Assembly: GCA_027485695.1 (NCBI GenBank)
Contig: JAIXQO010000002.1
Location: forward strand, 602,006-666,005
Length of the DNA stretch: 64,000 nt
Source: Pseudomonadota bacterium
GTDB taxonomy: Bacteria; Bdellovibrionota; UBA1018
Direction of reading: 5' to 3'
The notes beneath the pieces are model-generated. The model was not told the origin of the DNA, searched no databases, and saw only the letters and a list, made by a program, of their open reading frames with translations. The position numbers and the translations under genes were made by a program. Position 1 is the first letter of the stretch; each line of letters opens with the position of its first letter. This document shows, piece by piece, positions 9,491 to 19,469 of this stretch.

Positions 9491-10671
9491 TTACTTTTCC
9501 GTTTCAGGCGGTCAAATGCTTTCCAGGCTTTTTCGTTCTCGCTTCGCGTACCGATCGAAATACGAAGCAGATCATGGAGTCCGTAGTTTGCGACCGGACG
9601 GAGAATCACGCCCTCTCTCAGGCAGTGATTGAACAGCTCCACACCGCTCATACCGAATCCAATTTTCGCATTCACTAAGAGAAAATTTCCTTGGGACGGA
9701 TAGAAAGGAACTTTCCAACCTTCCAGTTTTTTCTCCCAAGCCTTGCGTTCCCGAACGTTCAAAGAGAACGCCTTCTTGACGAACGCACGGTCCTGAAGCG
9801 CAGCCTCAGCTGCAATGAGCGCTAGCGAGTTCGAATTGAACGGCTGTCGTGCGCGCTCGATCATCGCGAAGATCGACGGATGCCCGACCGCGTAGCCAAT
9901 TCGAAGACCGGCCAGACCGTAAATTTTAGAGAAAGTTCTGAGCAAGACGACATGATCGAACGCCGGATAGAGTTTCTCAGGCGGAGTAAGGTCTTGAGCC
10001 GTGACGTATTCCCAATAGGCGTAATCCAGAACGACGATCATCCCCTCGCGCGCCTCTTTGATGCGTTTGACGAGTTTCAAGAGGTCTGAATTCGGAAGAT
10101 AAGTGCCGGTTGGATTGTTTGGGTTCGCCAAGAACACGAGTTTCGCGTCGGGGTTGTCACGAACGAGTTTTACGATCGCATCCGAATCCGGAACCAGATT
10201 CTCATCGAGACGTGCCTTCAGTGTTCGAACGCCCTGCACCTGAGCGCAGACTTCGTAAGCGACGAATGCGGCGTCCGTCGTGATGATCGCTTCACCCGGT
10301 TTACAAAAACAACGAATGATCAAATCGATCACGTCATTTGAACCATTACCGATGAGGAGTTCTTCGCGTTTACGTCCCAGGAATTTAGCGAGCGCGGATT
10401 TCAAAGCAAACGCGGATGCGTCTGGGTAACGATGCAGTTCGGAGAGACCTTTTTTGATCGCCTTGATCGCTTTGGGACTGGAGCCAAGCGGGTTTTCGTT
10501 CGATGCGAGTTTAACAACGGACTTGAGTCCGAACTCTCGCTTGGTTTCCTCGATCGGCTTGCCGGGAACATAAGGAACGAGTTTTTGAATATGATCAGGG
10601 AAATTTTTTGAATACATCGGGTTGCCTCGCACGGAAATGCTCGCTTCACCCGGGCCAGAGTCGAAGGGCAA
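9487..10671 (-). CDS. hisC: histidinol-phosphate aminotransferase
   Basis: LASNENPLGSSPKA motif, class II aminotransferase layout. 394 aa. Confidence 0.85.
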   Translation of the reverse strand: MPFDSGPGEASISVRGNPMYSKNFPDHIQKLVPYVPGKPIEETKREFGLKSVVKLASNENPLGSSPKAIKAIKKGLSELHRYPDASAFALKSALAKFLGRKREELLIGNGSNDVIDLIIRCFCKPGEAIITTDAAFVAYEVCAQVQGVRTLKARLDENLVPDSDAIVKLVRDNPDAKLVFLANPNNPTGTYLPNSDLLKLVKRIKEAREGMIVVLDYAYWEYVTAQDLTPPEKLYPAFDHVVLLRTFSKIYGLAGLRIGYAVGHPSIFAMIERARQPFNSNSLALIAAEAALQDRAFVKKAFSLNVRERKAWEKKLEGWKVPFYPSQGNFLLVNAKIGFGMSGVELFNHCLREGVILRPVANYGLHDLLRISIGTRSENEKAWKAFDRLKRKSK

Positions 10672-10705
10672 AGGCCCGCCGAGCGAAGGATTTTCAGTCC
10701 TTCGA

Positions 10706-11278
10706 CTACACCACGGGACGCACTTTGACGCAAGCCGCGCCTACGGAACTCCACTCGTTCGCGGCCCATTCGAGGATTCGTTTAACGAGCGCGTCACGAG
10801 CGTCAACAGTCATGAACTGACTGAGCCCGACCGCATCCACCGGAGCGCCGGCTGGATCCCAGTTCAGACCGAAATGGATCAGTGAAGAAACCGGACTCTG
10901 GGTCACAATAGAGACCGAGAGTTTTTTACCATTCCAGTAGAGGTCATCCCCGGACCGGTCCCATTTTTCACCGGTCGCTTCTTGGACGAACGCGCGCAAC
11001 TGGGCCGCAAAAAGCCGCTGGAAAAAAACGATTTCCCGCAACTCGGTCCCAAAAAACTCTCCCAAGAAATGGATCATACTCGCCGCACGAATCGAGTCCG
11101 AATTGAGACGGTCTTCCCAATCCACCAAGTGATCCGTTTTGACGTCACAAGGGCCGACGAACGCAATCAACGCGTCACCTACTTGTTTATATTGTGAGAG
11201 AATAAAATGCGGGCGAAGCTCTGGACCAAAATAGGCACGGGCTTCGGAAGAAAAATAGGTTTTCAATTCTGTTCTCAT
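10706..11278 (-). CDS. conserved hypothetical protein co-transcribed with queC
   Basis: Six-frame ORF 10706..11326. Trimmed to internal ATG whose A overlaps the queC stop (ATGA junction). No motif recognised. Confidence 0.45.
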   Translation of the reverse strand: MRTELKTYFSSEARAYFGPELRPHFILSQYKQVGDALIAFVGPCDVKTDHLVDWEDRLNSDSIRAASMIHFLGEFFGTELREIVFFQRLFAAQLRAFVQEATGEKWDRSGDDLYWNGKKLSVSIVTQSPVSSLIHFGLNWDPAGAPVDAVGLSQFMTVDARDALVKRILEWAANEWSSVGAACVKVRPVV

Positions 11279-11952
11279 CAGAGCACCACTTTTTGGTGAT
11301 TGCAGGCGCGAAGGAAACGTCCGCAAGACTCACATTTTCCGCAAATCTCTGGGCCCGAAAAATAGCAGCTCCACACTTTTTCGAATGGAAACGGTTTTCG
11401 GGTCAAGGCCTTGAGACGAGCAACGATTTCACTCTTGTCGAGCGTCGCCGTAAAAGAATTCACCCTCACGCCCGTTGACGTCGAGTAAGCGAGCGCACGG
11501 GTAGACTGCTCCATGAACTCCACCGTGTTGTCGGGAAAAGTCGTGGCTTCTTCGCGATTGAAACCAACGAGGATTTCGTCAATTTTCTCGCTCTCCGCAA
11601 TGGCGGCTGCAATTTGAATGAAAATTCCATTACGATTCGGCACCCAGACGGCCTTGGCCGATGCTTCGATCGTGGGCATCGTATCCAACTCGCGTTGTTC
11701 GAGCAGCGGAACACTATTCTCTTCGTGGGTCAGAGCGCTGGAACCCAGTTCCTTGAGCCAGGGAATATCTAGCGATTGGTAGTAAGCTCCGTAGTAATCG
11801 GCGAGATCCTGAGCTGCACGACGCTCGGATTCGCTCGCACGCTGCCCATAAAAAAGCTGAAGCGCTGAAATACGGTGTCCAGCCTCATAGGCCAACGCCA
11901 GGTTCGCTGCGGAATCGAGTCCCCCTGAAAGCAAAACCAAAGACGATTTCAT
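11278..11952 (-). CDS. queC: 7-cyano-7-deazaguanine synthase
   Basis: LLSGGLDSA PP-loop motif and C-terminal CxxCxxC zinc site (CGKCESCGRFLRAC). Confidence 0.85.
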   Translation of the reverse strand: MKSSLVLLSGGLDSAANLALAYEAGHRISALQLFYGQRASESERRAAQDLADYYGAYYQSLDIPWLKELGSSALTHEENSVPLLEQRELDTMPTIEASAKAVWVPNRNGIFIQIAAAIAESEKIDEILVGFNREEATTFPDNTVEFMEQSTRALAYSTSTGVRVNSFTATLDKSEIVARLKALTRKPFPFEKVWSCYFSGPEICGKCESCGRFLRACNHQKVVL

Positions 11953-12602
11953 ATGGAGCGCTTGCCTCCGTAGATCACCGATTTACGCATGACTCGTCGG
12001 TAGTACACCGCCGTCTCGCTTGGCTGGTAGCCAGGCCGAGAGCGAACTTCATTAAATCGCGCCGGACCGATCAGATAGGCCGCGAGCCAATGAAATGCTT
12101 GCTCCTCGCCATACTGCGCACGGAGGTGATCGAGATAGTACAACGCGATCCGAAGATTCTGCCACGGATCCAAAAGATTCATGCTGAGGGGACGCTCTTC
12201 GGGAGGAATCCATTTCAGGACCGCCCGCGCGGTTGCCGGGCGCACCTGAAGCAGTCCTTGGGCCCCCACTCGGCTGACTGCATTTGGATTGAATGAACTC
12301 TCAACATCGACCAGACCTAAAATCAGAAATGGATCGAATCCATGCCGCTCGCATTCGGCGACAAAAAAACGTGAAAAAACCGGAACGGCGTGGGCAAAGG
12401 CTGGCAGAGCCGCCCACTTGTCTCGAAAAATATGCTCCACACGCGCGCGTTTTTGATTAATCTGCGGCGATTGAATCATCCGGGTGAGTCCGGAATCGCT
12501 CTCCCAAACTAAACCGAGCGCCGATCCCAGCATGATTCCCCAGAATGAAAGACGGTGCCATTGGTACTTAAAGAGACGTGCCACTAAGCGGTCCCTCCCC
12601 AA
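11949..12602 (-). CDS. lytic transglycosylase (SLT domain)
   Basis: LILGLVDVESSFNPNAVSRVGAQGLLQV matches SLT catalytic E-S motif region. Confidence 0.75.
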   Translation of the reverse strand: MGRDRLVARLFKYQWHRLSFWGIMLGSALGLVWESDSGLTRMIQSPQINQKRARVEHIFRDKWAALPAFAHAVPVFSRFFVAECERHGFDPFLILGLVDVESSFNPNAVSRVGAQGLLQVRPATARAVLKWIPPEERPLSMNLLDPWQNLRIALYYLDHLRAQYGEEQAFHWLAAYLIGPARFNEVRSRPGYQPSETAVYYRRVMRKSVIYGGKRSI

Positions 12603-13063
12603 GTGGAAAGGGTGAGTTTCATCTGGAAGGCGTCTTCGCCATCCGAATAAAACGACTTACGGGTCTGAAGGACCTCGAAACCGCATTTTTGGTAAAGGCT
12701 GATCGCAGAAGAATTCGATACCCGAACTTCGAGCATGACCTGGAGCCGATCAGTCTTGAGTCCATGCTGAATCATCGCGCGAACCAGGCGTTCACCCAAA
12801 CCGATACCACGGTAAGGAAGATCGACGGCAACGTTCAGCAGCTCGATGGTCTCGCCCAGCTCCCAAAACACGATATAGCCCGTCAGTACCTGATCCGTCT
12901 CATCATCGGTCAAAACCCAAAGGTGGCTGTATGGCTTATCTACCTCGGCTTGGAACTGAGCTTCAGTCCAAGGCTGACGGTGAACGCGTTTTTCGATGGC
13001 AGCAATCGCCAAAAGTTCATCCGCCGCAATGGGGCGAAGACTCAGTACCGGATCATTTTCCAT
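12584..13063 (-). CDS. rimI: GNAT N-acetyltransferase, RimI-like (ribosomal-protein-alanine acetyltransferase)
   Basis: LLNVAVDLPYRGIGLGERLV acetyl-CoA binding motif. 159 aa. Confidence 0.7.
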   Translation of the reverse strand: MENDPVLSLRPIAADELLAIAAIEKRVHRQPWTEAQFQAEVDKPYSHLWVLTDDETDQVLTGYIVFWELGETIELLNVAVDLPYRGIGLGERLVRAMIQHGLKTDRLQVMLEVRVSNSSAISLYQKCGFEVLQTRKSFYSDGEDAFQMKLTLSTWGGTA

Positions 13064-13324
13064 GAGCGCCTGACACTAGCAGTGAGGTGCGCCTAAGTAA
13101 ACCTGGGTGCGTCATAAGCCCGAGCTTTACTGGTCAGAATTTAAATGGATCGAATTCATTCAACACACCAGAATGCGAACACCCCATTTGCCACCTCCGC
13201 TGATATCCCGTGAAAACTATTCATCGAAACCGAAGTCGGTCACTCGAAGGGCACCGATCGCAACCCCGGTTCTCAACGGAGTCCACTGAGGTAGCCCCCC
13301 TGCTCGACTGGATGCAAAAATCCC

Positions 13325-14602
13325 TCACTCATCAGCGTAAGTCGTCTCCAGATCAGTCCGTCCATCACTGGTCACGCCCTGCGGCAACCACTGATACTGT
13401 GGCGAAGCTAAATTCCATTCATCATCAGAGAACCGGTACTGCGATTTTCCGATAAAAAGTTTCCAGCTCGTTTCGACAGGACCGTTTTCGCCGAGGATAG
13501 CGGTCACATTCGCAGGTGTTTTGGAACGAAGAACTTGTTGTACTTCTGGCAAACCAAGATCACCCGGCGCTGCGATGACCTGGGAGAACATTCGGGAGCG
13601 AACGTCGATCGACGTCACTTGGTACCGACAAAAACTGGCCCCTAAAACTCCGAGGCATTGTGGAGAAAACTCGAGATCCGTTGGGCCATGGCGCCACCAA
13701 GGAATCGGCAACCCCGACGGCGCCGATAGCCCGAGTTGAAACCGAACTCGCTCCCCCGGATCGATTGTGACGGAAATCCACTGAGTGGTGATTGCTTGGT
13801 CTTGAAATCGCATTTCTCCACTGCCTGATTGGCGCCCGACTCTCAATCGATTGGCCGGAAGCTCCGCCGTCATATAGAACGAACCACGTTTCAACCACTC
13901 GGCACCTCGGAGCCCATAGGCCCACTGTCCGACTTGAGAAACGACGCGGAAAACAGGAATCTCTGAAATCTGAATCCAAACATTCCAAGTAAATCTCGAG
14001 CGATGAGAGAGCGTCATCCAATCTCCATGAAGCGTCCCCGCACGAAGATCATCTCCGAGATTAAAAGGTGTCGCCCCTAGTCGATTTCCGGAGAGTGAGG
14101 TGCTCCCTGACTTTTCAAATATAGGCGCGCGAAATTCGATGGGAAGACTCACGGGATAGTTTTTAAAGGGTCCCCCGACAGAGTCCGGAATTTGAATTTC
14201 TCCAAACCAACCTTTTGAAGTGGGTTTAAATCCGGTCCAAATCGCCCAGCGATCGGCCGAACGCCATTCTACGAGATTTGCACCGGAAACCCAGCGAACG
14301 GGGCGATTTTCACCTTCGATCCAGATCGACAGATCCTCTTGCTCCCCCTGTCGAACGGGGGTTTTCAGATAAAAACCACGTTTTTGATCATACAAAAAAG
14401 AACTCACTGACCCATCCCCTCTTTGGACCCTGAGGTCAAATGGCGAGGGTTCCGAGGGGACTTCCTGCTCCGAGAAGACGGGTTCTATTTGCCTTTGAAC
14501 GGTTTTGGGTTGCCCCACGGGTTTCTGGGGCGCGCAACTGACGAGCATCCAGCAGCCCATGAACCATCCCAGTACTCCAACATTTTTAAGGACATTCTGC
14601 AT
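13325..14602 (-). CDS. large secreted hypothetical protein
   Basis: 448-aa ORF to 14671. Probable start at MQNVLKNVGVLGWFMGCWMLVSC (signal/lipobox). No recognisable domain. Confidence 0.45.
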   Translation of the reverse strand: MQNVLKNVGVLGWFMGCWMLVSCAPQKPVGQPKTVQRQIEPVFSEQEVPSEPSPFDLRVQRGDGSVSSFLYDQKRGFYLKTPVRQGEQEDLSIWIEGENRPVRWVSGANLVEWRSADRWAIWTGFKPTSKGWFGEIQIPDSVGGPFKNYPVSLPIEFRAPIFEKSGSTSLSGNRLGATPFNLGDDLRAGTLHGDWMTLSHRSRFTWNVWIQISEIPVFRVVSQVGQWAYGLRGAEWLKRGSFYMTAELPANRLRVGRQSGSGEMRFQDQAITTQWISVTIDPGERVRFQLGLSAPSGLPIPWWRHGPTDLEFSPQCLGVLGASFCRYQVTSIDVRSRMFSQVIAAPGDLGLPEVQQVLRSKTPANVTAILGENGPVETSWKLFIGKSQYRFSDDEWNLASPQYQWLPQGVTSDGRTDLETTYADE

Positions 14603-14669
14603 GTGGAACGCTTTTGCAAGGCCTTGGCCATTCCATTGAAACCGCCTCTTGGTGTAGAGTCTGAGTCTC

Positions 14670-16466
14670 ATGAGCTCTCAAAATATGAATGCTGAAGATT
14701 TTAACGAACCAGAAATCCACTCGCGCGTCGATACGATCCGTCACTCCTGCGCGCATATCATGGCCCACGCGGTCCAGAAGCTGTACCCAACTGCGCAATT
14801 CGGGATCGGCCCGACGATTGAAAACGGCTTTTATTACGACATGGAACTTCCGGCCACCCTCACTCCCGAAGATCTCCCGAAGATCGAAGCCGAGATGAAA
14901 AAAATCATCGCTTCCAAGGCTCCATTCATTCGCACCGAGCATTCGATCGCCGAAGCGCGCGAAAAATTCAAATCTCTGAATCAACGATTCAAGATCGAAA
15001 TCATCGATACGCTCGCCGCGACGGGCGCCACGTCGGTCTCTACTTACGGCGAGGGTGACTTCGTTGACCTTTGCCGCGGCCCACACGTCTCCAACACGAG
15101 CGAAATCCCGGCGTTCAAACTGATGAGCATCGCCGGCGCTTACTGGCGCGGCAAAGAAACGAACCCGCAGCTCCAGCGCATTTACGGGATCGCGTTCGAA
15201 ACGCAGGCCGAAGTCGACGAATACCTGCACATGATCGAAGAAGCCAAGAAACGCGACCACCGCAAACTCGGCAAGGAACTCGATCTGTTCAGCTTTATTC
15301 CCGAAGCGCCGTCGTCGCCGTTCTTCCACCCAAAAGGCACGATCATCTACAACCGCCTCGTTCAATACATGCGTGACCTCTACGTCCCGTATGACTACCA
15401 AGAAGTCATCACGCCGCAGATCATGGACGTTGCCCTCTGGCACAAGTCTGGTCACTACGACAACTACCGCGAGAGCATGTACTTCACGAAGATCGACGAG
15501 CGCGAGTTTGCGGTGAAACCGATGAACTGCCCGGGCCACACCTACATCTACGCGTCCTCCAAGCGTTCGTATCGCGATCTTCCGATCCGAATGGCGGATT
15601 TCGGCCGTCTTCACCGCTACGAGAAATCGGGCGTGACTGCCGGATTGACCCGGGTTCGCACGTTCTGCCAAGACGACGCACACATTTTCTGCCGTCCAGA
15701 CCAGATCGAAGTCGAGATCGGCAAAGTCGTTGAGATGATCTTGAATACCTACGAACTATTCGAATTCACGGATGTCGAGATTAACCTCTCCACGCGCCCC
15801 GAAAAACGCGTGGGCTCCGAAGAACTCTGGGACCATGCCGAGAGTACGCTCGAACAAGTTCTCAAGAAACTCGGCCGCCCATACGCGATCAACAAAGGCG
15901 ATGGCGCCTTCTACGGTCCTAAGATCGATTTCCGCGTTTCCGATGCGCTGAAACGTAAACATCAGCTGGGTACGATTCAGCTCGATTTCTCGATGCCGGA
16001 ACGTTTCGGCCTGGAATATACGGACAGCGACAACACACCAAAACGCCCAGTCATGGTTCACCGTGCAGTTCTCGGAAGCCTCGAGCGTTTCATGGGCATC
16101 TTGATCGAGCACGTGGCCGGAGCATTCCCATTCTGGCTTGCACCAGTCCAGGCTCGTATCGTTCCGATCAAGGAACCGCACGTGGGTTACGCGAAGGAAT
16201 TTGCAGCCGAACTGCGCGCTCTCGGTATTCGCGTCGACATCGATGATCGTAATGAATCGATGGGACTCAAAACCCGCGAAGCTCAAATGGCGAAAATTCC
16301 GTTTTCGCTTGCCGCCGGCGATCGCGAGATCGAAGCAGGCGCACTCGCGCTCCGTAAATACGGCGAACGTGAAATGAAAGTCATGTCCAAGGCCGACATC
16401 GTTGAATTCTTCAAGCAGTTGAACGCTGTACCTCAAGCCGTTGCTGCGAAGATGAAACATGTCTAA
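14670..16466 (+). CDS. thrS: threonine--tRNA ligase (short form lacking N-terminal TGS domain)
   Basis: IRHSCAHIMAHA (editing/N2 domain) occurs about 24 aa from the start versus about 70 aa in E. coli ThrRS. Class II catalytic motifs present (PMNCPGH, FRVSDALKRKHQLGTIQLDF). Anticodon-binding C-terminus. Confidence 0.9.
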   Translation: MSSQNMNAEDFNEPEIHSRVDTIRHSCAHIMAHAVQKLYPTAQFGIGPTIENGFYYDMELPATLTPEDLPKIEAEMKKIIASKAPFIRTEHSIAEAREKFKSLNQRFKIEIIDTLAATGATSVSTYGEGDFVDLCRGPHVSNTSEIPAFKLMSIAGAYWRGKETNPQLQRIYGIAFETQAEVDEYLHMIEEAKKRDHRKLGKELDLFSFIPEAPSSPFFHPKGTIIYNRLVQYMRDLYVPYDYQEVITPQIMDVALWHKSGHYDNYRESMYFTKIDEREFAVKPMNCPGHTYIYASSKRSYRDLPIRMADFGRLHRYEKSGVTAGLTRVRTFCQDDAHIFCRPDQIEVEIGKVVEMILNTYELFEFTDVEINLSTRPEKRVGSEELWDHAESTLEQVLKKLGRPYAINKGDGAFYGPKIDFRVSDALKRKHQLGTIQLDFSMPERFGLEYTDSDNTPKRPVMVHRAVLGSLERFMGILIEHVAGAFPFWLAPVQARIVPIKEPHVGYAKEFAAELRALGIRVDIDDRNESMGLKTREAQMAKIPFSLAAGDREIEAGALALRKYGEREMKVMSKADIVEFFKQLNAVPQAVAAKMKHV

Positions 16467-17916
16467 ACAAAGAAACGGTCATCGAAGCGCAGTCATTTTC
16501 GACGTCCTTTACGGATTCATCCCGATCACCGAATGGGAAGAACAGATCATTAACTCGCCGTTCTTCCAGCGCTTGCGCTGGGTGAAGCAGCTGGGTTTTT
16601 CGAACTATATTTTCCCGGGCGCCGAGCACAATCGTTTTGCGCACGTGATCGGCGTCATGCACTCGATGGAGCAAATGCTCCAGTCATTGGGTCTGGCAGT
16701 TCCGCAGGCGGAACTTTTCGATCCGAAGGCTCGGAGCGAGGCCGCGATTCTTCATAAGAGCTTGCGGATTGCGGCACTCCTCCATGATCTGGGCACGTTT
16801 CCGTTTAGTCACGCGATTGAATACGCTTACATGCGCCACGGCAATGCTTCGCGGTCCACTCGATCGACCAAAGACGGCAAAGTCAAAGCCGCCAAGACGC
16901 TTTCGAACAATCACGAACATCTCGGCGCGTTCATCATCAAGAATACGAACTACGACGGCGGCATTACGCAGATCCTCGAGAAGTACTACCTCGATGTGAA
17001 CATGATCTCCAAAATCATCAAAGGCGAGTCCCCGTACCTCGTCGCGAACTCCCTCATGCATTCGGACCTCGACGCCGACCGCATGGACTACTTGCTGCGC
17101 GATGCGCACTATACGGGAATGAAATACGGTCAATTCGACCGCGATTACATCTTAGCAAACTTGGTGACGTTCGATGCCGGAAACGGACAACAGGGATTCG
17201 GTGTTCGTGAAAACGCCGCTCATGCCGTAGAGGATTTCCTGATCGCTCGTTTCTCTTGGTACTCGCAAGTAATCAAGAACCAGGCTTCGGCGAAATTCGA
17301 CATCATGTCGAGCCACATCGCCAAGAGCTTCTTAGAACACGATCTACTCTATCAATTCCCGGATCTTCTGACCTTTGTTGAGAAACGTGACGAGCGTTTC
17401 TTCTTCTGGAACGACATCTACTTCATGAATCGTTGCCAAGAGATCCACCTCAAAAAATCGATCAAGGATCATAAGACTCGCGAGCTGACCGAGATGCTGC
17501 TCTACCGTCGAGCCCCGAAGACGCTTCATCATCCGCTGTTCGAGCATCGGATCTTACGGGATGGCGTCGACGACAAGGAAAAACTCCTCAAGCGCATCCA
17601 TGAGTTTGTGGCTGAGCTCCAGCACACGCTCAAGAAACACGGCACCGGACGCGAATGGATCTTGGTCGATATCCCTGAAAAAGACGTCGTGTTCACCAAG
17701 AACCCGCTTCTCAAGCACAAGAAACACATGAATCCCTCGCTCTATACGGACAGCGACACCGTCAAGATCATCGATCGAAAGGGAAATCCATCGATCCTGC
17801 CGGAGCGCGAGAACTCACTCATGAAGCACCTCTCCGGATTCATCAATTTCGTGCCGAGCGTTTATGCGAATGATCAGGCGTTGAGTCTGCTCCGCAAGAA
17901 AAAGCTCATTGGCTGA
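16459..17916 (+). CDS. HD-domain phosphohydrolase, dGTPase-like
   Basis: NRFAHVIGVMHS and LLHDLGTFPFSHAIE resemble dGTP triphosphohydrolase motifs (RFEHSLGV / LLHDIGHPPFGH). 8-nt overlap with thrS 3' end. Confidence 0.7.
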   Translation: MSKQRNGHRSAVIFDVLYGFIPITEWEEQIINSPFFQRLRWVKQLGFSNYIFPGAEHNRFAHVIGVMHSMEQMLQSLGLAVPQAELFDPKARSEAAILHKSLRIAALLHDLGTFPFSHAIEYAYMRHGNASRSTRSTKDGKVKAAKTLSNNHEHLGAFIIKNTNYDGGITQILEKYYLDVNMISKIIKGESPYLVANSLMHSDLDADRMDYLLRDAHYTGMKYGQFDRDYILANLVTFDAGNGQQGFGVRENAAHAVEDFLIARFSWYSQVIKNQASAKFDIMSSHIAKSFLEHDLLYQFPDLLTFVEKRDERFFFWNDIYFMNRCQEIHLKKSIKDHKTRELTEMLLYRRAPKTLHHPLFEHRILRDGVDDKEKLLKRIHEFVAELQHTLKKHGTGREWILVDIPEKDVVFTKNPLLKHKKHMNPSLYTDSDTVKIIDRKGNPSILPERENSLMKHLSGFINFVPSVYANDQALSLLRKKKLIG

Positions 17917-17927
17917 TTTCGGGGCTT

Positions 17928-18539
17928 TTAACTCGTCAGGCAGCAACTCAAAATCGCGACGATCAGAATCACGAGTTCTTTGAGGGTCGGTGTCTTTCGA
18001 TATTTGTATACGTTCTGACTATAAGGAACTTGTTTGATATCGATCGATGCACCGGGGTTTAAAACTCGATATAACATCGCAAGATCCATAAGCTGACTTT
18101 GTATACTGTCGACGTGTCGAACGACCTCTTGCGTTTGAAAAGTGCGGCCGTCTTTGAGGTAAATTGAAAATACTACCCAGCCGTCTTCGCCCAAAATCCA
18201 CCTCGCAAACCCGCTCGATTTGCTATTTCCTGGGGGAGTTGCGAAATGAATCGATCGAATCTCTGCCAGTGGAATGCTGACTATATCTCTAGCGCCGAGT
18301 AAGGCGCTCTCCAGATAAACGAGGGCATTTCCTTGAACTTTCAGCGCGAACGATCCCAATAGCCGTTTTAAAAACTTGAACAAGATCAAACTAAAACAAA
18401 CAGCGCAAAAGGCTCGAAAAAATCCGCCCTGATAGAAAATAGTCTGATGGAGAGCCGAAAAGACGGCAGAGACCGCTAAACAAACTGCGAGCGAGCGAAA
18501 ACCTTTTTGAATTCCCCACGGAGCCGGTTTTTGCAGCAT
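17928..18539 (-). CDS. membrane hypothetical protein (two N-terminal TM helices plus soluble domain)
   Basis: 203 aa. Hydrophobic N-terminal half. No motif recognised. Confidence 0.4.
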   Translation of the reverse strand: MLQKPAPWGIQKGFRSLAVCLAVSAVFSALHQTIFYQGGFFRAFCAVCFSLILFKFLKRLLGSFALKVQGNALVYLESALLGARDIVSIPLAEIRSIHFATPPGNSKSSGFARWILGEDGWVVFSIYLKDGRTFQTQEVVRHVDSIQSQLMDLAMLYRVLNPGASIDIKQVPYSQNVYKYRKTPTLKELVILIVAILSCCLTS

Positions 18540-18561
18540 AACTCAAGCGCCCTCGCTCTTT

Positions 18562-19350
18562 TTAGTTCCAAGGATAAGCATCGCCGCCATAGAGGCAGTT
18601 CGAACGAGCTTGATCGTTTTTCTGAAGCACGCGGCGAGTCTGCCCTGCACTGCTTGCATCAAACGGATACATGACGGCGTCCTGGTATTCTTGGGTCGGG
18701 TTACTTCCGCAACCAACAAACCGGGCGTCGCTCTCGCTCTTGGAGTTACAGCTGTGATCGAGGCCCGCGACGTGACCAAGTTCGTGCACGATGTTCGTCA
18801 CGAGGTCTGGCTGAGGTTTTCCTTCAGCAAAGAAATCTTCGTAGTTAATATCGATGTTCGCGACGTGCATCTCTAAGATAGGATTCGCCGATCGGCGGCA
18901 GTACTCCGTGAACGCGATCGCACTACGTGCGTTGGTGTACGGCCATTTCATATTTTTATAGATGACGACTTCGCCGGTATAAGTCCCGGTGCCATCCACG
19001 ATCGATTTCGAACAAAGCGAAGCAGAGCGATTGAGCGTCGATTGACGAGGACTGTCTTCGGTTCCGATATCAAAAAGATTCACTTTATGGACTTTGAGAA
19101 AAAAACGATTCCAAACGTTTACGGCAAAAACGATCTGCTGCATTTCGGCTTTGGTGAATTGATCAGCGCGAAACGCGACCGGGATCGGAAGCGAACGCCA
19201 ACGTCCCGAGAGACTGCCCAGTTGGTTTTCCGCGATCTCACAGTATGAGATCGACGAGGTCGTGCTCTTCTTAGGCTCGACGCCCGGAAGACAAGACGTC
19301 ACGAGAACGCCTAACAACAAAAATGAGAAGGCCCTTCCACAAACGGACAT
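18562..19350 (-). CDS. matrixin-like zinc metalloprotease lipoprotein (M10-like)
   Basis: HELGHVAGLDHS extended zinc-binding motif. Lipobox LVTSC. Confidence 0.7.
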   Translation of the reverse strand: MSVCGRAFSFLLLGVLVTSCLPGVEPKKSTTSSISYCEIAENQLGSLSGRWRSLPIPVAFRADQFTKAEMQQIVFAVNVWNRFFLKVHKVNLFDIGTEDSPRQSTLNRSASLCSKSIVDGTGTYTGEVVIYKNMKWPYTNARSAIAFTEYCRRSANPILEMHVANIDINYEDFFAEGKPQPDLVTNIVHELGHVAGLDHSCNSKSESDARFVGCGSNPTQEYQDAVMYPFDASSAGQTRRVLQKNDQARSNCLYGGDAYPWN

Positions 19351-19469
19351 GAATCGGAATCCCCCAAGTACCTTACTATTTTAGTACAATATTGAGTCCT
19401 AAATCATCTTTTTTTAACGCGCCCCGAGAAGTAGGCATGTGTCCAAAAAGACCTCGTATTCAGCTCGTT

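Noticed and set aside
14586-15683. 365-aa minus-strand ORF
   Set aside because: It is antisense to thrS. The translated sequence is Arg/Val/Asp-rich with no motifs, so it is a shadow ORF.
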